Shown: positions 34,874 through 46,639 of the stretch, piece by piece
Layout: every line of letters starts with the position of its first letter
Position numbering within the stretch: position 1 is the first letter of the stretch
Source of the DNA: an uncultured Nitrososphaerales archaeon
GTDB taxonomy: Archaea; Thermoproteota; Nitrososphaeria; Nitrososphaerales; Nitrososphaeraceae
DNA length: 64,000 bases
Assembly: GCA_963695855.1 (NCBI GenBank)
Contig: CAVOHZ010000008.1
Coordinates: forward strand, 320,001 to 384,000
Reading direction: 5' to 3'
Notes under the pieces: model-generated
What the model saw: the letters and a program-made list of their open reading frames with translations, nothing else
Told to the model about the DNA's origin: nothing
The model's database searches: none
Translations under genes and position numbers: made by a program

Positions 34874-35470
34874 TCAATCTAGTTTTTTTATTGTCTTAAA
34901 AATCCTCTGAATTGTAGTCAGAATGGATATTATTATTATTATTATGATTCCATATTCCAAAAAATTTTGAATTGGTATTATTCCCATTATAGCTAATATC
35001 AATAATCTTTCTGCCCTCTCTCCAAATCCTACTCCACTTAAATCTATTCCAAGTGATTCTGCTCTAGATCGAGTGTAACTTACCAGCAAAGAGGAGGAGA
35101 GAGCCGTCATACACAATATAGGATTAGATAAACCTCCTATGGCTATCCCAGTAAATATTATTACTTCAGAAATCTTATCCAATGTGGAATCAAGAAACGC
35201 TCCTTTCCTAGATGTTTTCTTAGTAATCTTCGCAACACTTCCATCTATTACATCAAAAAATCCTGAAATTAACAAAAGGATACTGGCTACTAATGCAGCA
35301 TTAAAAAAAATATCCTTTTGTATGGAATTTAACCCATATGCAATAGACGATGTAATCGCTAGTATGAAGCCAATAATAGTTAGAGTATTTGGAGATAATC
35401 CAGAGGACGCAAAGATTGAAGCTATTTTTTCAAGACTCGGCCCTAGATTTTTCCTAAATTTATTTAACAA
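34874..35470 (-). CDS. CDP-alcohol phosphatidyltransferase (archaetidylinositol-phosphate synthase-like)
   Basis: PNTLT, DVIDGSVAK...GAFLDSTLD, SYTRSRAE, ERAERL. Confidence 0.92.
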   Translation of the reverse strand: MLNKFRKNLGPSLEKIASIFASSGLSPNTLTIIGFILAITSSIAYGLNSIQKDIFFNAALVASILLLISGFFDVIDGSVAKITKKTSRKGAFLDSTLDKISEVIIFTGIAIGGLSNPILCMTALSSSLLVSYTRSRAESLGIDLSGVGFGERAERLLILAIMGIIPIQNFLEYGIIIIIIISILTTIQRIFKTIKKLD

Positions 35471-35593
35471 AGATATTTAACTAATAATTTTAATTAAATT
35501 CGTTTTATATCTTTTGACTTTTGTTCAAAATTGATTTTTTCTTCTTGTATCGGAAAATAATTTAATAGTCTTCTCTGTTTACATCAAATTCGT

Positions 35594-36229
35594 ATGAAGA
35601 AATCTAACTCAGTTCTGGTTTTTGGCGCACATCCTGATGACTTGGAAATTGGAATGGGAGGAACGATTTCCAAACTTTCAAGAATGGGTTTTGAAGTAAT
35701 TCCAATAATAGCTACCCTTCCAAATTTTACTGAAAATGATACAAAGGACGAACGTAGATCGGAATCGGTAAAATCGAGTAAAATATTAGGATGTATCTCT
35801 CCAGAATTTCTTGATCTTTCACCTACTCAAATGATATTCAATAGAAAATTAGTATCCTTGATTGACAATTTAATAAAAAAATATCAGCCAGAAAGCGTGT
35901 TCACCCAATGGATAGGTGATTCACACCAGGATCATCAAATTCTGACAAAGTCGGTAATGTCTGCTTCTCGTGATATTGATAACTTGTATATGTATGAAAC
36001 GACTATTCCTGGTGGTCTAACTGAAATATCATTCAAACCACAACTTTATGTTGATATCACCACGGATATAGATACAAAAAAAAATGCATTAACTTGTTTT
36101 AAATCACAATTTGTTAGGTGCGGTCAATACTGGTTAGATGCGATACTAGGAAGATCTAGTTACAGAGGATATCAAATACATACTAAATATGCTGAAGCAT
36201 TTGAAATTATTAAAACTATTAAGTTCTAA
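35594..36229 (+). CDS. PIG-L/LmbE family deacetylase
   Basis: AHPDDLE, DSHQDH, SQF, AEAF. Confidence 0.92.
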   Translation: MKKSNSVLVFGAHPDDLEIGMGGTISKLSRMGFEVIPIIATLPNFTENDTKDERRSESVKSSKILGCISPEFLDLSPTQMIFNRKLVSLIDNLIKKYQPESVFTQWIGDSHQDHQILTKSVMSASRDIDNLYMYETTIPGGLTEISFKPQLYVDITTDIDTKKNALTCFKSQFVRCGQYWLDAILGRSSYRGYQIHTKYAEAFEIIKTIKF

Positions 36230-36287
36230 TTTCAAGGTTATTAAATATCTATATTTTGTGTGCTCCTTATCCAAAATTTTTTCATGC

Positions 36288-37418
36288 CTATTTAGATGAA
36301 ATCTTCCTATAAATTAGAAGGAATACTGCTTGAATCGTTAATGCTATAATGACAGCTAATGCAAGCCCTGTTACTTGCATAGATTTTCCTAATATTAACA
36401 TCAATGATATTTGTAAAATTTGGTAGATTATGGCACCAATTACAACACCTCTAGTATTTCCTTCACTAAGGAATCTAGAATTAATGATATAAGTAACCAT
36501 CATGGGAATAATTCCTATACTCAATATTCTTATTGCATCAAGCGAATTCTTGTAACCAGGGAAAAACAAGTCTATTATGATAGGACTTGAAATATATAGT
36601 AAGAGCGCGAGTGCAATTGATATTCCAAATCCTAAAATCCTTAACTTTGTTTTTTTATTACCGCTCGCTTCTTCTGGAACCAAATACTGAAAGAAACTGA
36701 TAGGAATCATCCCAAGAAACATTAAAAATTGAAAGCCTAATTGATAATATCCTAATATAACGTATCCAAAAATAGGACCGATAAGAATCTTATCGAAGTA
36801 CATTAACAACGCGTTTGACATATTAAAAGAATAACTGTGTAAAGAAAATTTTATTTTACTTCTAATTTCCGTGATATCTTTTTTGAAATGTTTTATTGAT
36901 AAAAAATATTTATAACTAAAGATAAAGAATGAAATTGTAAATCCAATTATTATTCCTGGGATACCTATAATGTAATATAAGGCGATGGAGAGGACTAGTT
37001 GAATTGCTCTTGCACCTACATTTGCAATTGCATATTGTTTATAGGATTTTCTACCGAGATATTCATAAATACTCATCATCCAAAAAGTCATGCCGATAAC
37101 AAAAAATCCTAATAATATGTCTTTTTGTGCGACAATTATACCTAAAACGATGCTTGATATTAAGATAACTTGATTAGCGGCAACATGTATCTTATCAAAG
37201 CCTTTGGGAATGTAAGTCGTAACAGTAGTATTGAGTCCTAATAGAGCAATACTAGATGCAAGTGATGCCATTGAAATCATATAACTAGTCTCCCCGTATT
37301 CTTCAACACTTTGTAGAGAAGCCAATAAAAGCCAGAAGCCGCCTGTAATCAGAGCACCAAGAATATTTCCAACTATTATGTGAATAAGACCCTTATTTGA
37401 TTTAATAAATTTCAGCAA
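36288..37418 (-). CDS. polysaccharide/oligosaccharide flippase (Wzx-like)
   Basis: About 12 TM segments, DKILIG...GYYQ motif. Confidence 0.8.
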   Translation of the reverse strand: MLKFIKSNKGLIHIIVGNILGALITGGFWLLLASLQSVEEYGETSYMISMASLASSIALLGLNTTVTTYIPKGFDKIHVAANQVILISSIVLGIIVAQKDILLGFFVIGMTFWMMSIYEYLGRKSYKQYAIANVGARAIQLVLSIALYYIIGIPGIIIGFTISFFIFSYKYFLSIKHFKKDITEIRSKIKFSLHSYSFNMSNALLMYFDKILIGPIFGYVILGYYQLGFQFLMFLGMIPISFFQYLVPEEASGNKKTKLRILGFGISIALALLLYISSPIIIDLFFPGYKNSLDAIRILSIGIIPMMVTYIINSRFLSEGNTRGVVIGAIIYQILQISLMLILGKSMQVTGLALAVIIALTIQAVFLLIYRKISSK

Positions 37419-37881
37419 TTTTTATGTCCCTTTTATGTATTATCATCAATAATCTTTCTCTTAATAAAATGGTTTATTTCATTTTTTGCATTATATTTTT
37501 TTAGTACATTCGTAAAAGTAATTCCAATTATTTATTCAAGTTGATTTTCTTCCTATCTTTTTATACGTTATTATTGTTATAATATAATATTACTACAAAA
37601 AATACGAAAAAAAATCTAGAGTTAAAAATAATTATCAATAATTATTGTACAAAATAGAGTTCGCCATAAATATTCAGAATCCTTTTTCATATAAATGAAA
37701 GGGAATTTTTTAAAAAAACTAAATTACATAATTAATATCGGAATAAATTCTGTTATGCATGGCGTATTGGGAATTTCTAACTTGGTTGTGGTAATCGTAT
37801 TAAGTAGAATAACTGTAAAAAAGTCATAGGAGTATTTTTAAATAGTAGACTAAATGTAAAAGGATTCTGGGAGTAAGTTAG

Positions 37882-40800
37882 ATGAAAAATTCCGATAAGA
37901 AATTTAAGGTTTTATTTGCTGGAATATTAATATTTATCTCTTTTCTTGTGTTAAACTCTTTTACATATTTATCAGTTAATGCTCAATCCCAAAGCACTTT
38001 TCTTACCCTTTCAGGATCGGATTTTCTTGATGTAAAAAATAGTGAACGATTGCAATTAGACAAATTTACTCTTTCTACATGGTTTTCTACAGATAAACAA
38101 GATTTCATAGATCCAGGGATGATTGTAAACAAGGGAGGTATGAATGATGATGCTCCTGGTAACAACATGAATTACGGTTTTTGGATAACACCAACCGAAC
38201 TTTTAGAGGGTGGTTTTGAGACAAAGTCAGGTACTAATCTCTTTATAACATCTAAAAATAAATTTAACGATGGTAATTGGCATCATGCATTTCTTACCTA
38301 TGATGGTTCTGTTTTGAAACTGTACGTAGATGGTAACGAAGAGGGTCAGCTCTCAGTGAAAGCAGTCCCTGACAACACAGGTACTCAACCGATAAGAATA
38401 GGTGCGAATTCATTTGCAGATGACAAATTTTTCACTGGAAAGGTGGATGAAGTTATGCTTTGGGATAGAGCATTATCGTTAGAAGAAATATCTAATTCCG
38501 ATAACTTTGACGAATTCCCATTAAATGGAAGAATTCTTTATCTGTCATTTTCATCAGTCTCTCCAATACAATCTACCTATAATTATGCCCCATACAAAAC
38601 TTTTGACGGAAGTGAAAAGGATGAAATTGATGAAGATGAGCAATTATTCCATCTAAGTAATTTTTCGGCAGCAAGTTGGTTTAGAAGCGATAGAATTGAC
38701 CATGATAAGGTGGGAATATTATTAAACAGGGGTGGATTTGGATCTGAACTACAAAATGAAAATCTAAATTATGGTATATGGTTAAATCCATCAGAGACTA
38801 TTGAAGCTGGTTTTGAAACTTCTTCCGGTACAAATGTTTTTGTGACCACATTAGATAAATTTAATGACGGGCTTTGGCATTACGCTGTATTAACGTACGA
38901 CGGCAAGACGTTAAAATTATATGTTGATGGTGTTCTTGTAGATGATAAAATAACATCAGGAATACTGCCAGATTTGGCAGGCGATACAAAATTTGTTATT
39001 GCTGGTGACTCTGTCGCAGATGATAAATTCTTTAAGGGTGATCTTGATGAGATTCGAGTATGGAATAGAGCTATATCTTCGGATGAAGTTTTAAGTGGAT
39101 TTAAAAATAATATATTTAATATTGATGGACAAATATTCTATGAATCGTACTCAGGTGAAGGTCCACCTCCACCACCACAACAAGAAGAATGTCCAGCAGG
39201 TGAACACTTTGATACTACCACAAACGCATGTGTCCCAGACTTACCAACTCCACCACCACAACAAGAAGAATGTCCAGCAGGTGAACACTTTGATACTACC
39301 ACAAACGCATGTGTCCCAGACTTACCAACTCCACCACCACAACAACAAGAATGTCCAGCAGGTGAACACTTTGATACTACCACAAACGCATGTGTCCCAG
39401 ACCTACCAACTCCACCACCACAACAACAAGAAGAATGTCCAGCAGGTGAACACTTTGATACTACCACAAACGCATGTGTCCCAGACTTACCAACTCCACC
39501 ACCACAACAACAAGAGTGTCCAGCAGGTGAACACTTTGATACTACCACAAACGCATGTGTCCCAGACCTACCAACTCCACCACCACAACAACAAGAGTGT
39601 CCAGCAGGTGAACACTTTGATACTACCACAAACGCATGTGTCCCAGACCTACCAACTCCACCACCACAACAAGAAGAATGTCCAGCAGGTGAACACTTTG
39701 ATACTACCACAAACGCATGTGTCCCAGACCTACCAACTCCACCACCACAACAAGAGTGTCCAGCAGGACTACACCTTGAGAATGGTCAGTGCGTCCCAGA
39801 TTTACCACCTCAACTAACCGGAATAGGCTTTCTTTTGGTAGTTACTAACGTTATGAATGATGATAGTGGTACAAAACAGGCTTCTGACTTTACTGTTAAT
39901 GTTAATGGGAATGGACCCTTGCCAAAAACATTCAGCGGTATTCAATCTCCAACAGCAACAAGTGTTGCCATTAATCAAGGAGACTACTCTGTAAGCCTTA
40001 AGGATAACTTAGGATATGAAACAGATTTCCTATACAATTGTGCTGGTACTATACACGTTGAAGAAACACGTGTTTGTGTTATCAATATAGATGATCCAAC
40101 GCCACCACCTCCACCACAAGGATGTCCAGGCGGAGAGCATCTTGATGAGAATGGGCAGTGCGTCCCAGATTTACCTCCTCCACCAGGAACTGGATTTCTT
40201 TTAGTAATTACAGATGTTGTTAACAATAATGGTGGTACAAAAACAGCTTCCGATATTGATATTACTGTTAATGGTAACAATCCTGTTCCATCTAATTTCA
40301 AGGGATCTCAAACACCATTAGGGAAAATTATTGCGCTGACTGAGGGGGGATTCTCTCTAACTGTCAATAATAATTTTGGATATCAAACAAAATTCCTATA
40401 TGATTGTGCCGGTACTGTCAAAGCTCAAGAAACCCATGTTTGTGTTATAAATCTGGATGATCCGATCACAACCGTTACTTCAGGAACAGCACAGGGATGT
40501 CCAGCAGGCCAACACTTTGATGCTACCACAAATGCATGTGTCCCAGAGTTACCTCCTCCACCACAGGGATGTCCAGCAGGACAACACTTTGACCAAACAA
40601 CACAAACATGCGTCCCAGACTTACCTCCTCCACCACAAGGATGTCCAGCAGGACAACACTTTGACCAAACAACACAAACTTGCGTCCCAGAGTTACCTCC
40701 TCCACCACAAGGTACATTTGTTCCTTTCAACTTTGCGGCAGCGGGTGATTGGAATTGCAACTCAAATTCTAAAAAAACAGTACAATCGATGCTTTCTAAA

Positions 40801-42408
40801 GATCCAGAAATTGTACTAGGACTTGGGGATTTCTCCTATACCTCGACTGCTGATTGTTGGTTAGATGTTATTACTCCTCTCAATGATAAAATGAAAATTA
40901 CAATAGGAAATCATGATAGTGACGAAGATGAAGGTCCTGAAATTACTGAACAATTCCTCGATCATTTCAATCTAGACAAACAGTATTATTCATTTATTCA
41001 GGGAAATACTTTATTTATATCGATGTCTACTCAGGTATCATTTTCTGAAAATTCGGAACAATTTAATTTTGTAAAAAGTGAACTAGAAAAAGCTGCAAAG
41101 GATAATAGAATCCTTTGGAAAGTAGTATACTTCCACAAACCTGCATACACTGCACCCAGTAAACATGAAGGGTTAGTGAGTTTACGTGATACCTATCACC
41201 CATTATTTGACCAATACAAAGTAGATCTGGTTCTTTCAGGTCATAATCACAATTATCAGAGAACTTTCCCAATTCACTTCAATCCAGATGATTCATCTAA
41301 ACCGATTATAGTTAATACTGACCAGAATACATATAACAACGTTGGAGCCCCAATTTTTATAATATCTGGAACGGGTGGAGTTTCGTTGTATGCATTGGGT
41401 GCCCAGCCAGACTTTAATGTAAAACAATTTGGAAAATTTGGACTTCTCAATATAGATGTGACAGGAAATAATGGTGAAAAGTTAGTTGGCACATTTGTTG
41501 ATAATGATGGTAATCAATTAGATCAATTCACTATTACAAAATCCATTGGACCATCTTCTGTGTCTTCTTTGGCAATAAATTCACAACAATCTGGAAGTAA
41601 AGGGGTTGATGTGTTTGGAGTGAATAAAATCTATCCCACCAAACTTGGAGGAGAAGAATGGTCCATGAACATGGAAAATCTGAAATCTGATTCAAGATTA
41701 AAGGTTGGTGCAAGTACAGGAGATATCATAAAGAACCAAGACGGGTCTTGGTCTCCTGTGTCTCAAGATAAGGTTATACTTAATGTATACACATCATCTG
41801 TTGGAGAATTCAACAAAGAAAATGTGACTACTTTCAATCTAAAAGAACTAGCCAAAAAAGGTCATTGGTTTAAAGAAAATGATTGGTTGAATATCGAAAT
41901 GGGTGGATATTTTAAATTGAATTCTACTGATGATCTTTCACTTGGATATAGTTTCATCCCAAGATCAATAGACCATAGTAATGATCATGGTGGATGTGGA
42001 GGCGCAACTCCGGTATTCACTTTTGGCTTCAACGGTGTATTGACGGCTAAAAAAGAGATGTGGTTTTCAAGTTTGATAAATTCTGCAGCGGAAAAAATTG
42101 GAGAACTATCACCGTCAATTGTCGGTAAATGGATAGGAATGAAGGCAGTTATCTATAACCTTCCCAACAACGATGTAAAGCAGGAGTTTTGGATGGACAA
42201 AGAAAACAATGGAAAATGGGAAAAGGTCTATGAATTTACCGATAAAGGCGGATTTGGTGTTACCGGCGAAGCAGGACCTGAAAAATGTGGAGGAGAATGG
42301 GACCAGAGATATACATGGGGTTCTCCTAAGGTCACATTTAAATGGAATCAGGCTGATGTCGAGTTTAAGAATCTTTCCGTACGTGAAATAGTACCTCCAA
42401 AAGAATGA
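37882..42408 (+). CDS. 1508-aa modular secreted protein: 2x LamG, Cys/Pro repeats, 2x beta-sandwich, metallophosphoesterase, unassigned C-terminal domain
   Basis: Signal peptide; DG.WH....TYDG..LKLYVDG and F.G..DE...W.RA twice; AAGDW, GDFSY, GNHD, SGHNH. Confidence 0.92.
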   Translation: MKNSDKKFKVLFAGILIFISFLVLNSFTYLSVNAQSQSTFLTLSGSDFLDVKNSERLQLDKFTLSTWFSTDKQDFIDPGMIVNKGGMNDDAPGNNMNYGFWITPTELLEGGFETKSGTNLFITSKNKFNDGNWHHAFLTYDGSVLKLYVDGNEEGQLSVKAVPDNTGTQPIRIGANSFADDKFFTGKVDEVMLWDRALSLEEISNSDNFDEFPLNGRILYLSFSSVSPIQSTYNYAPYKTFDGSEKDEIDEDEQLFHLSNFSAASWFRSDRIDHDKVGILLNRGGFGSELQNENLNYGIWLNPSETIEAGFETSSGTNVFVTTLDKFNDGLWHYAVLTYDGKTLKLYVDGVLVDDKITSGILPDLAGDTKFVIAGDSVADDKFFKGDLDEIRVWNRAISSDEVLSGFKNNIFNIDGQIFYESYSGEGPPPPPQQEECPAGEHFDTTTNACVPDLPTPPPQQEECPAGEHFDTTTNACVPDLPTPPPQQQECPAGEHFDTTTNACVPDLPTPPPQQQEECPAGEHFDTTTNACVPDLPTPPPQQQECPAGEHFDTTTNACVPDLPTPPPQQQECPAGEHFDTTTNACVPDLPTPPPQQEECPAGEHFDTTTNACVPDLPTPPPQQECPAGLHLENGQCVPDLPPQLTGIGFLLVVTNVMNDDSGTKQASDFTVNVNGNGPLPKTFSGIQSPTATSVAINQGDYSVSLKDNLGYETDFLYNCAGTIHVEETRVCVINIDDPTPPPPPQGCPGGEHLDENGQCVPDLPPPPGTGFLLVITDVVNNNGGTKTASDIDITVNGNNPVPSNFKGSQTPLGKIIALTEGGFSLTVNNNFGYQTKFLYDCAGTVKAQETHVCVINLDDPITTVTSGTAQGCPAGQHFDATTNACVPELPPPPQGCPAGQHFDQTTQTCVPDLPPPPQGCPAGQHFDQTTQTCVPELPPPPQGTFVPFNFAAAGDWNCNSNSKKTVQSMLSKDPEIVLGLGDFSYTSTADCWLDVITPLNDKMKITIGNHDSDEDEGPEITEQFLDHFNLDKQYYSFIQGNTLFISMSTQVSFSENSEQFNFVKSELEKAAKDNRILWKVVYFHKPAYTAPSKHEGLVSLRDTYHPLFDQYKVDLVLSGHNHNYQRTFPIHFNPDDSSKPIIVNTDQNTYNNVGAPIFIISGTGGVSLYALGAQPDFNVKQFGKFGLLNIDVTGNNGEKLVGTFVDNDGNQLDQFTITKSIGPSSVSSLAINSQQSGSKGVDVFGVNKIYPTKLGGEEWSMNMENLKSDSRLKVGASTGDIIKNQDGSWSPVSQDKVILNVYTSSVGEFNKENVTTFNLKELAKKGHWFKENDWLNIEMGGYFKLNSTDDLSLGYSFIPRSIDHSNDHGGCGGATPVFTFGFNGVLTAKKEMWFSSLINSAAEKIGELSPSIVGKWIGMKAVIYNLPNNDVKQEFWMDKENNGKWEKVYEFTDKGGFGVTGEAGPEKCGGEWDQRYTWGSPKVTFKWNQADVEFKNLSVREIVPPKE
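39163..39810 (+). repeat. intragenic tandem repeat, 7 near-identical units of about 81 bp plus one variant
   Basis: Encodes CPAGEHFDTTTNACVPDLPTPPPQQ(Q)E(E); related units at about 40100-40185 and 40495-40710. Confidence 0.97.
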
Positions 42409-42683
42409 TCTTGTTATAGTTAGCATGTCGTCGGAATTTTTGACTAAATTCTTTTTCTATTTTTTAACTTGATAATTATGTCTAAAACCTGCATTTCTAT
42501 TAACGATTCTTCTCATACGCATGAATTGCTTCGTTAATCCACTAAATTACCGTACGTATATCGCATCGTACGTATATTGCGAAAATATATTTTTCCATTT
42601 TCAGATAGTCCACCAGTAGAGTGTAAAGATCATTCATTTCAGTAATATTTTTTTCTAATGGTATATTTCTATTTATTATCTAA

Positions 42684-43856
42684 TTGAGGCTGGGTCATAA
42701 TTATTCCATTTTCATAACGAACAAAGCTAGTTTATTGGTGTATGATGTTTTGGTGAAAAACCATCTAAACCAACAAACTAGCACAGCAGAAGAGATCAAC
42801 ATCTATTCTAATTAGTATTTTGTATTTGATTGGCTTGATTCATTGGCCACATAATAATAGATGGGGAGGAGGACGTGGGAGACCATATGTCTATTCTCCT
42901 ACTGTTATTTTGAGATGCTTTATAGTGCGTATATGGTTCAGATTAGATTCTAATAGAGCATTGTATGAATACCTTGCTATGGAGATGCCATATACAACAA
43001 AAAGATAACGAAAGTATGTGGATTGTCAAGAGTACCTAGTAGAAGAACATTTGATAGGCGTCTTGTAACAATATCTAAAGATATTAAAAACAGAATAACT
43101 ACAATGGGCAAACTTTTTGTACGTGATAAAATAGTTGATCCGCATATTCTTTCAACAGACAGTACACTTATCAAGACTAAAGGCTATGTCTGGCATAAAT
43201 CATCTATGACTGAAGGAGTAGTACCACGTTCTGGTATTGATACAGATGCAATGTAGGGATTCAGTCATACAAAGGGTTGGATATTTGGATACAAATTACA
43301 TTTGATATCCAGTACTGGTTCTATAATTGTACCTTCGGCAGCAGATTTTACAACTGCTAACATACCTGACAATCAAATGTACAGTATATTGACAGCAAGT
43401 CTACCTGTTACAATAATTAAAAGAACATTATTCATGTCTGCAGATCCTGGATACGATGATCATGAATTATATGATCTCAGTACAGATATGGGATTTAGAT
43501 TGGTATTTCCAGTAAAGAGATATAAAAATACACATGCTGACAGGATAAAACTGATAGAATTTTATGAATCTAATGTTGGACAGGCTATCTATTCCTTAAG
43601 AAGTATATCAATTGAACTATTGATAGGTCATATCAAATCGTTGTTCAGGATAGATCCATTACCTGTCAGGGGATATGTCAAGAGTTGTGCATCAGTATTA
43701 TTGTCAGTACTGTTATACCAGATACTTGTCTATTATAACCATAAGATCAATAAAGATAATCCTATGGCAATCAAATACATACTAGGAACATAACTATTGA
43801 CTATATACTATTGTTAACATTACCATATTTATTATATGAATTATGACCAGTCTCAA
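42684..43856 (+). mobile_element. DDE-type IS (IS5/IS4-superfamily-like) with pseudogenised transposase
   Basis: IRs TTGAGGCTGGGTCATAATT / AATTATGACCAGTCTCAA, CTAA on both flanks; fragments PSRRTFDRRL, STDST, GYKLH, ADPGYD. Confidence 0.85.
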
Positions 43857-44099
43857 CTAATTAACTGATAAGTTAGATGAGGAAATTAAATAAAAATATA
43901 AAATAATATGATATTACAGACTTAGGTAAATAGGTTAATAAATATAGTCAGACCGAATATTTTATTTTTCTTTGACGCAGAAGTTTTTGATTTTCTTAGG
44001 TAAGTATCATCATGTACAATATCAAGTATATTGCAAGAACAGGAATGAAAATCATATGATCATAAAATAAACGAATTTAAGTACAATTGATAACTGAAT

Positions 44100-44753
44100 C
44101 TATTTCTTACATTTATATACAGATTGTTCCAACATTTTAGGTTCCTTTTCATTATTTATAAATTTCCACTTGTTGGCATTTTTTACAGCATCTATCTCAC
44201 ATTTTGAAATTTCTGTAACCACTTCATCTATGCTGGGAGACATTAAACTGTTGGGAAATTGCGAATGACCTAATCCAAGAGCATGACCTATTTCATGTTT
44301 AGTAATATGTAACATAATGTTTTCATCTAATTCTTCTCCATGAGATGTTTTTGAAATTGATATTTCTACATGATCTATAAACCCTTTGTTATCAAAATAT
44401 GTAACTGTTTTACCAACTTTTTTTCCTTTTCCTTTCTCGAAATCTATGGAAATATCTGGGATAAGCTCATCTTCTTTTACTTTTTCGAATTGGATATTAT
44501 CCAATTGTTTTTCCCAATCAGAAAATGCCAAGCCAACAATCTCTTCTAATGTTTTACCTGTTTTTTTTATTTCATATACCAATACTCCATCATTTAATTC
44601 TGACCCCCAACCACAACACAGATCTATCTTTTGCTTATTAGATTCTTTACCTTCGATTTCATTATAATTTAAAAAGTAAAATGAAATTATAACAAGAGAA
44701 GTAATTAAAATTAAGTTAAAAAATTTCGCATTCAATTTTGTTGAATAGCTCAC
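44100..44753 (-). CDS. secreted matrixin-like (metzincin) metalloprotease
   Basis: HEIGHALGLGHS plus Met-turn SLM. Confidence 0.9.
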   Translation of the reverse strand: MSYSTKLNAKFFNLILITSLVIISFYFLNYNEIEGKESNKQKIDLCCGWGSELNDGVLVYEIKKTGKTLEEIVGLAFSDWEKQLDNIQFEKVKEDELIPDISIDFEKGKGKKVGKTVTYFDNKGFIDHVEISISKTSHGEELDENIMLHITKHEIGHALGLGHSQFPNSLMSPSIDEVVTEISKCEIDAVKNANKWKFINNEKEPKMLEQSVYKCKK

Positions 44754-45313
44754 TATATGGATATCCCATTTTTATTTTCAAAGGAATTAGGATTAGAACC
44801 ATCTATTATCATCCTGAATTTAAATTGAATAATTTGAATATATCCATAGGTAAGCTTTTGAAACCTTTTATAGATATTGGTAAATCTAATATAAATAATT
44901 GACTTAAAATTCGTATTATAGTTTATTTTATTCAAATATACTATTACCTTATATTGTAACTTATTTCTTATCATATATTTATTCTTTATAAAAACATTTT
45001 TCTTAACAATTTCATATAAAATAATTCTATAAATGGCTATTTAAGTAAATTAAATGATATCTAGGATAGATATTCTTTTACTGGGTATGAACTATTTATC
45101 GAAGTGGACCAATACTTTACTAATGAACATAGTTCTTGGGTCTAAAATTAATCATAAAAATCTTAATTATTAAATTATGAATTTTTGTTTTTATTTTTAT
45201 TTTAGTTATGCATGTTTTAATTTTTGTGGATCTAAAAGGATCAATTCATGCTCAGAAATTCAAAGATGTTGAAATAATTGTAAATCAATTGAATAACGGT
45301 AATTTCAGGTTGA

Positions 45314-46094
45314 TTGGCAAAGGAAGAAAATATAGGCTTATCGGTTGGTGATGATGGGGTACTATTGATTGATTCACAGTTTAAAGAATTAACTGACAAA
45401 ATTTTGTCTGCAATTGATAGCATAACAGATAAACCTACTAAATTATTCATTAACACTCGGTGGCATCAAGATCATACTGGTGGTAATGACTTATTTAGTA
45501 AAGAATGGATCCATGGTAATTGCTCATGTTAATGTTCTCAAACGGTTAGGTACAGAACAATTTGTGAATTTTTTATATAAATCCTATGGACCATCTCCGC
45601 TTTATTCATTATCTATTATTACGTACAATAACTGTCTTACTTTTCATGATAACGATCACAAAATCGATGTCTATCATATTCAAAACGCACATACTCATGG
45701 TCATTCTATTGTTCATTTTAATAAAAACAATATAAATCACACAGGAGATATTTATGGCAGTGGAAGATATTTTTTCATAGATCAGTCTAGTGGTGGTCCA
45801 ATAGATGGTATTATTCTTGGAATAGAGAAAATAATTTCGTTAACTAATGACGAAACGAAGATTATTCCTAGTCATGGATTATTATCAAACCGAGCTGAGC
45901 TACAAGGTTATATATTGATGTTAAAAGACATAAGAGAGCAAGTACGGAAAATGATAAATAATGGATCTAATAGATAAGAAATAATTGAAAGAAATATAAC
46001 AGATAAATATGATACCACGTATTCTGACAATTTTACTAATTCGAAAGACTTTTTAAGTTTAGTCTATAATGATTTAATACAGAAACAACCATAA
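45314..46094 (+). pseudogene. metallo-beta-lactamase-fold (cyclase-like) pseudogene
   Basis: LIDSQ, NTRWHQDHTGGN (first His lost), AHT.G, HTGD, IIPSHG; frameshift near 45490, stop at 45977. Confidence 0.85.
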
Positions 46095-46639
46095 TTTTTA
46101 TATTTGTGATTTTCTCTATCTTATTTTTTATAATAGATAAAAAAACACTATTAAAGACCTTTTAATGTACAATTTCTTATTATGATAACAATGAAGATAG
46201 AGCATTATTGGTTAACAGTTTTTATAAATTTTCTATTTCTTTTATTTCTACCATATAAAATCAGAAAAATTTAGATCATCTATTATTATTTGATTATTAA
46301 TATTAATTTTCTTATCTTAATTATCAATTATTATTAAATGTATACAATATTGACAATCTTATTCATTTAAAAAAAATTAATGGCTATGATTTGGATGTCT
46401 GTGAATATATTCTCTGGATAATAAAACAATAACTGTTATCAATAATGAAACAGGTATATTAATTAATAAAGAAATACTCTAAACAATTATGAGATATTCA
46501 ATATCCTTATTTTTCAGAAGATAATGAGTATATACGAAGATATCTGATTCTAAATTATTGTCATTTTTCACTAAAGAAAGTTTCTGTATATTTTGTTAAA
46601 AATTTTATATAATCATTTTAGTCATTTTTTAAAGAAAGA

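Noticed and set aside
39163-39810. Regular repeats resembling a CRISPR array
   Set aside because: No unique spacers; units are multiples of 3 and in frame within a long CDS; no cas genes. The same applies to 58503-58727.
39095-40819. Long alternative-frame and antisense ORFs over the repeat region
   Set aside because: Shadows of the stop-poor tandem repeats in the real CDS
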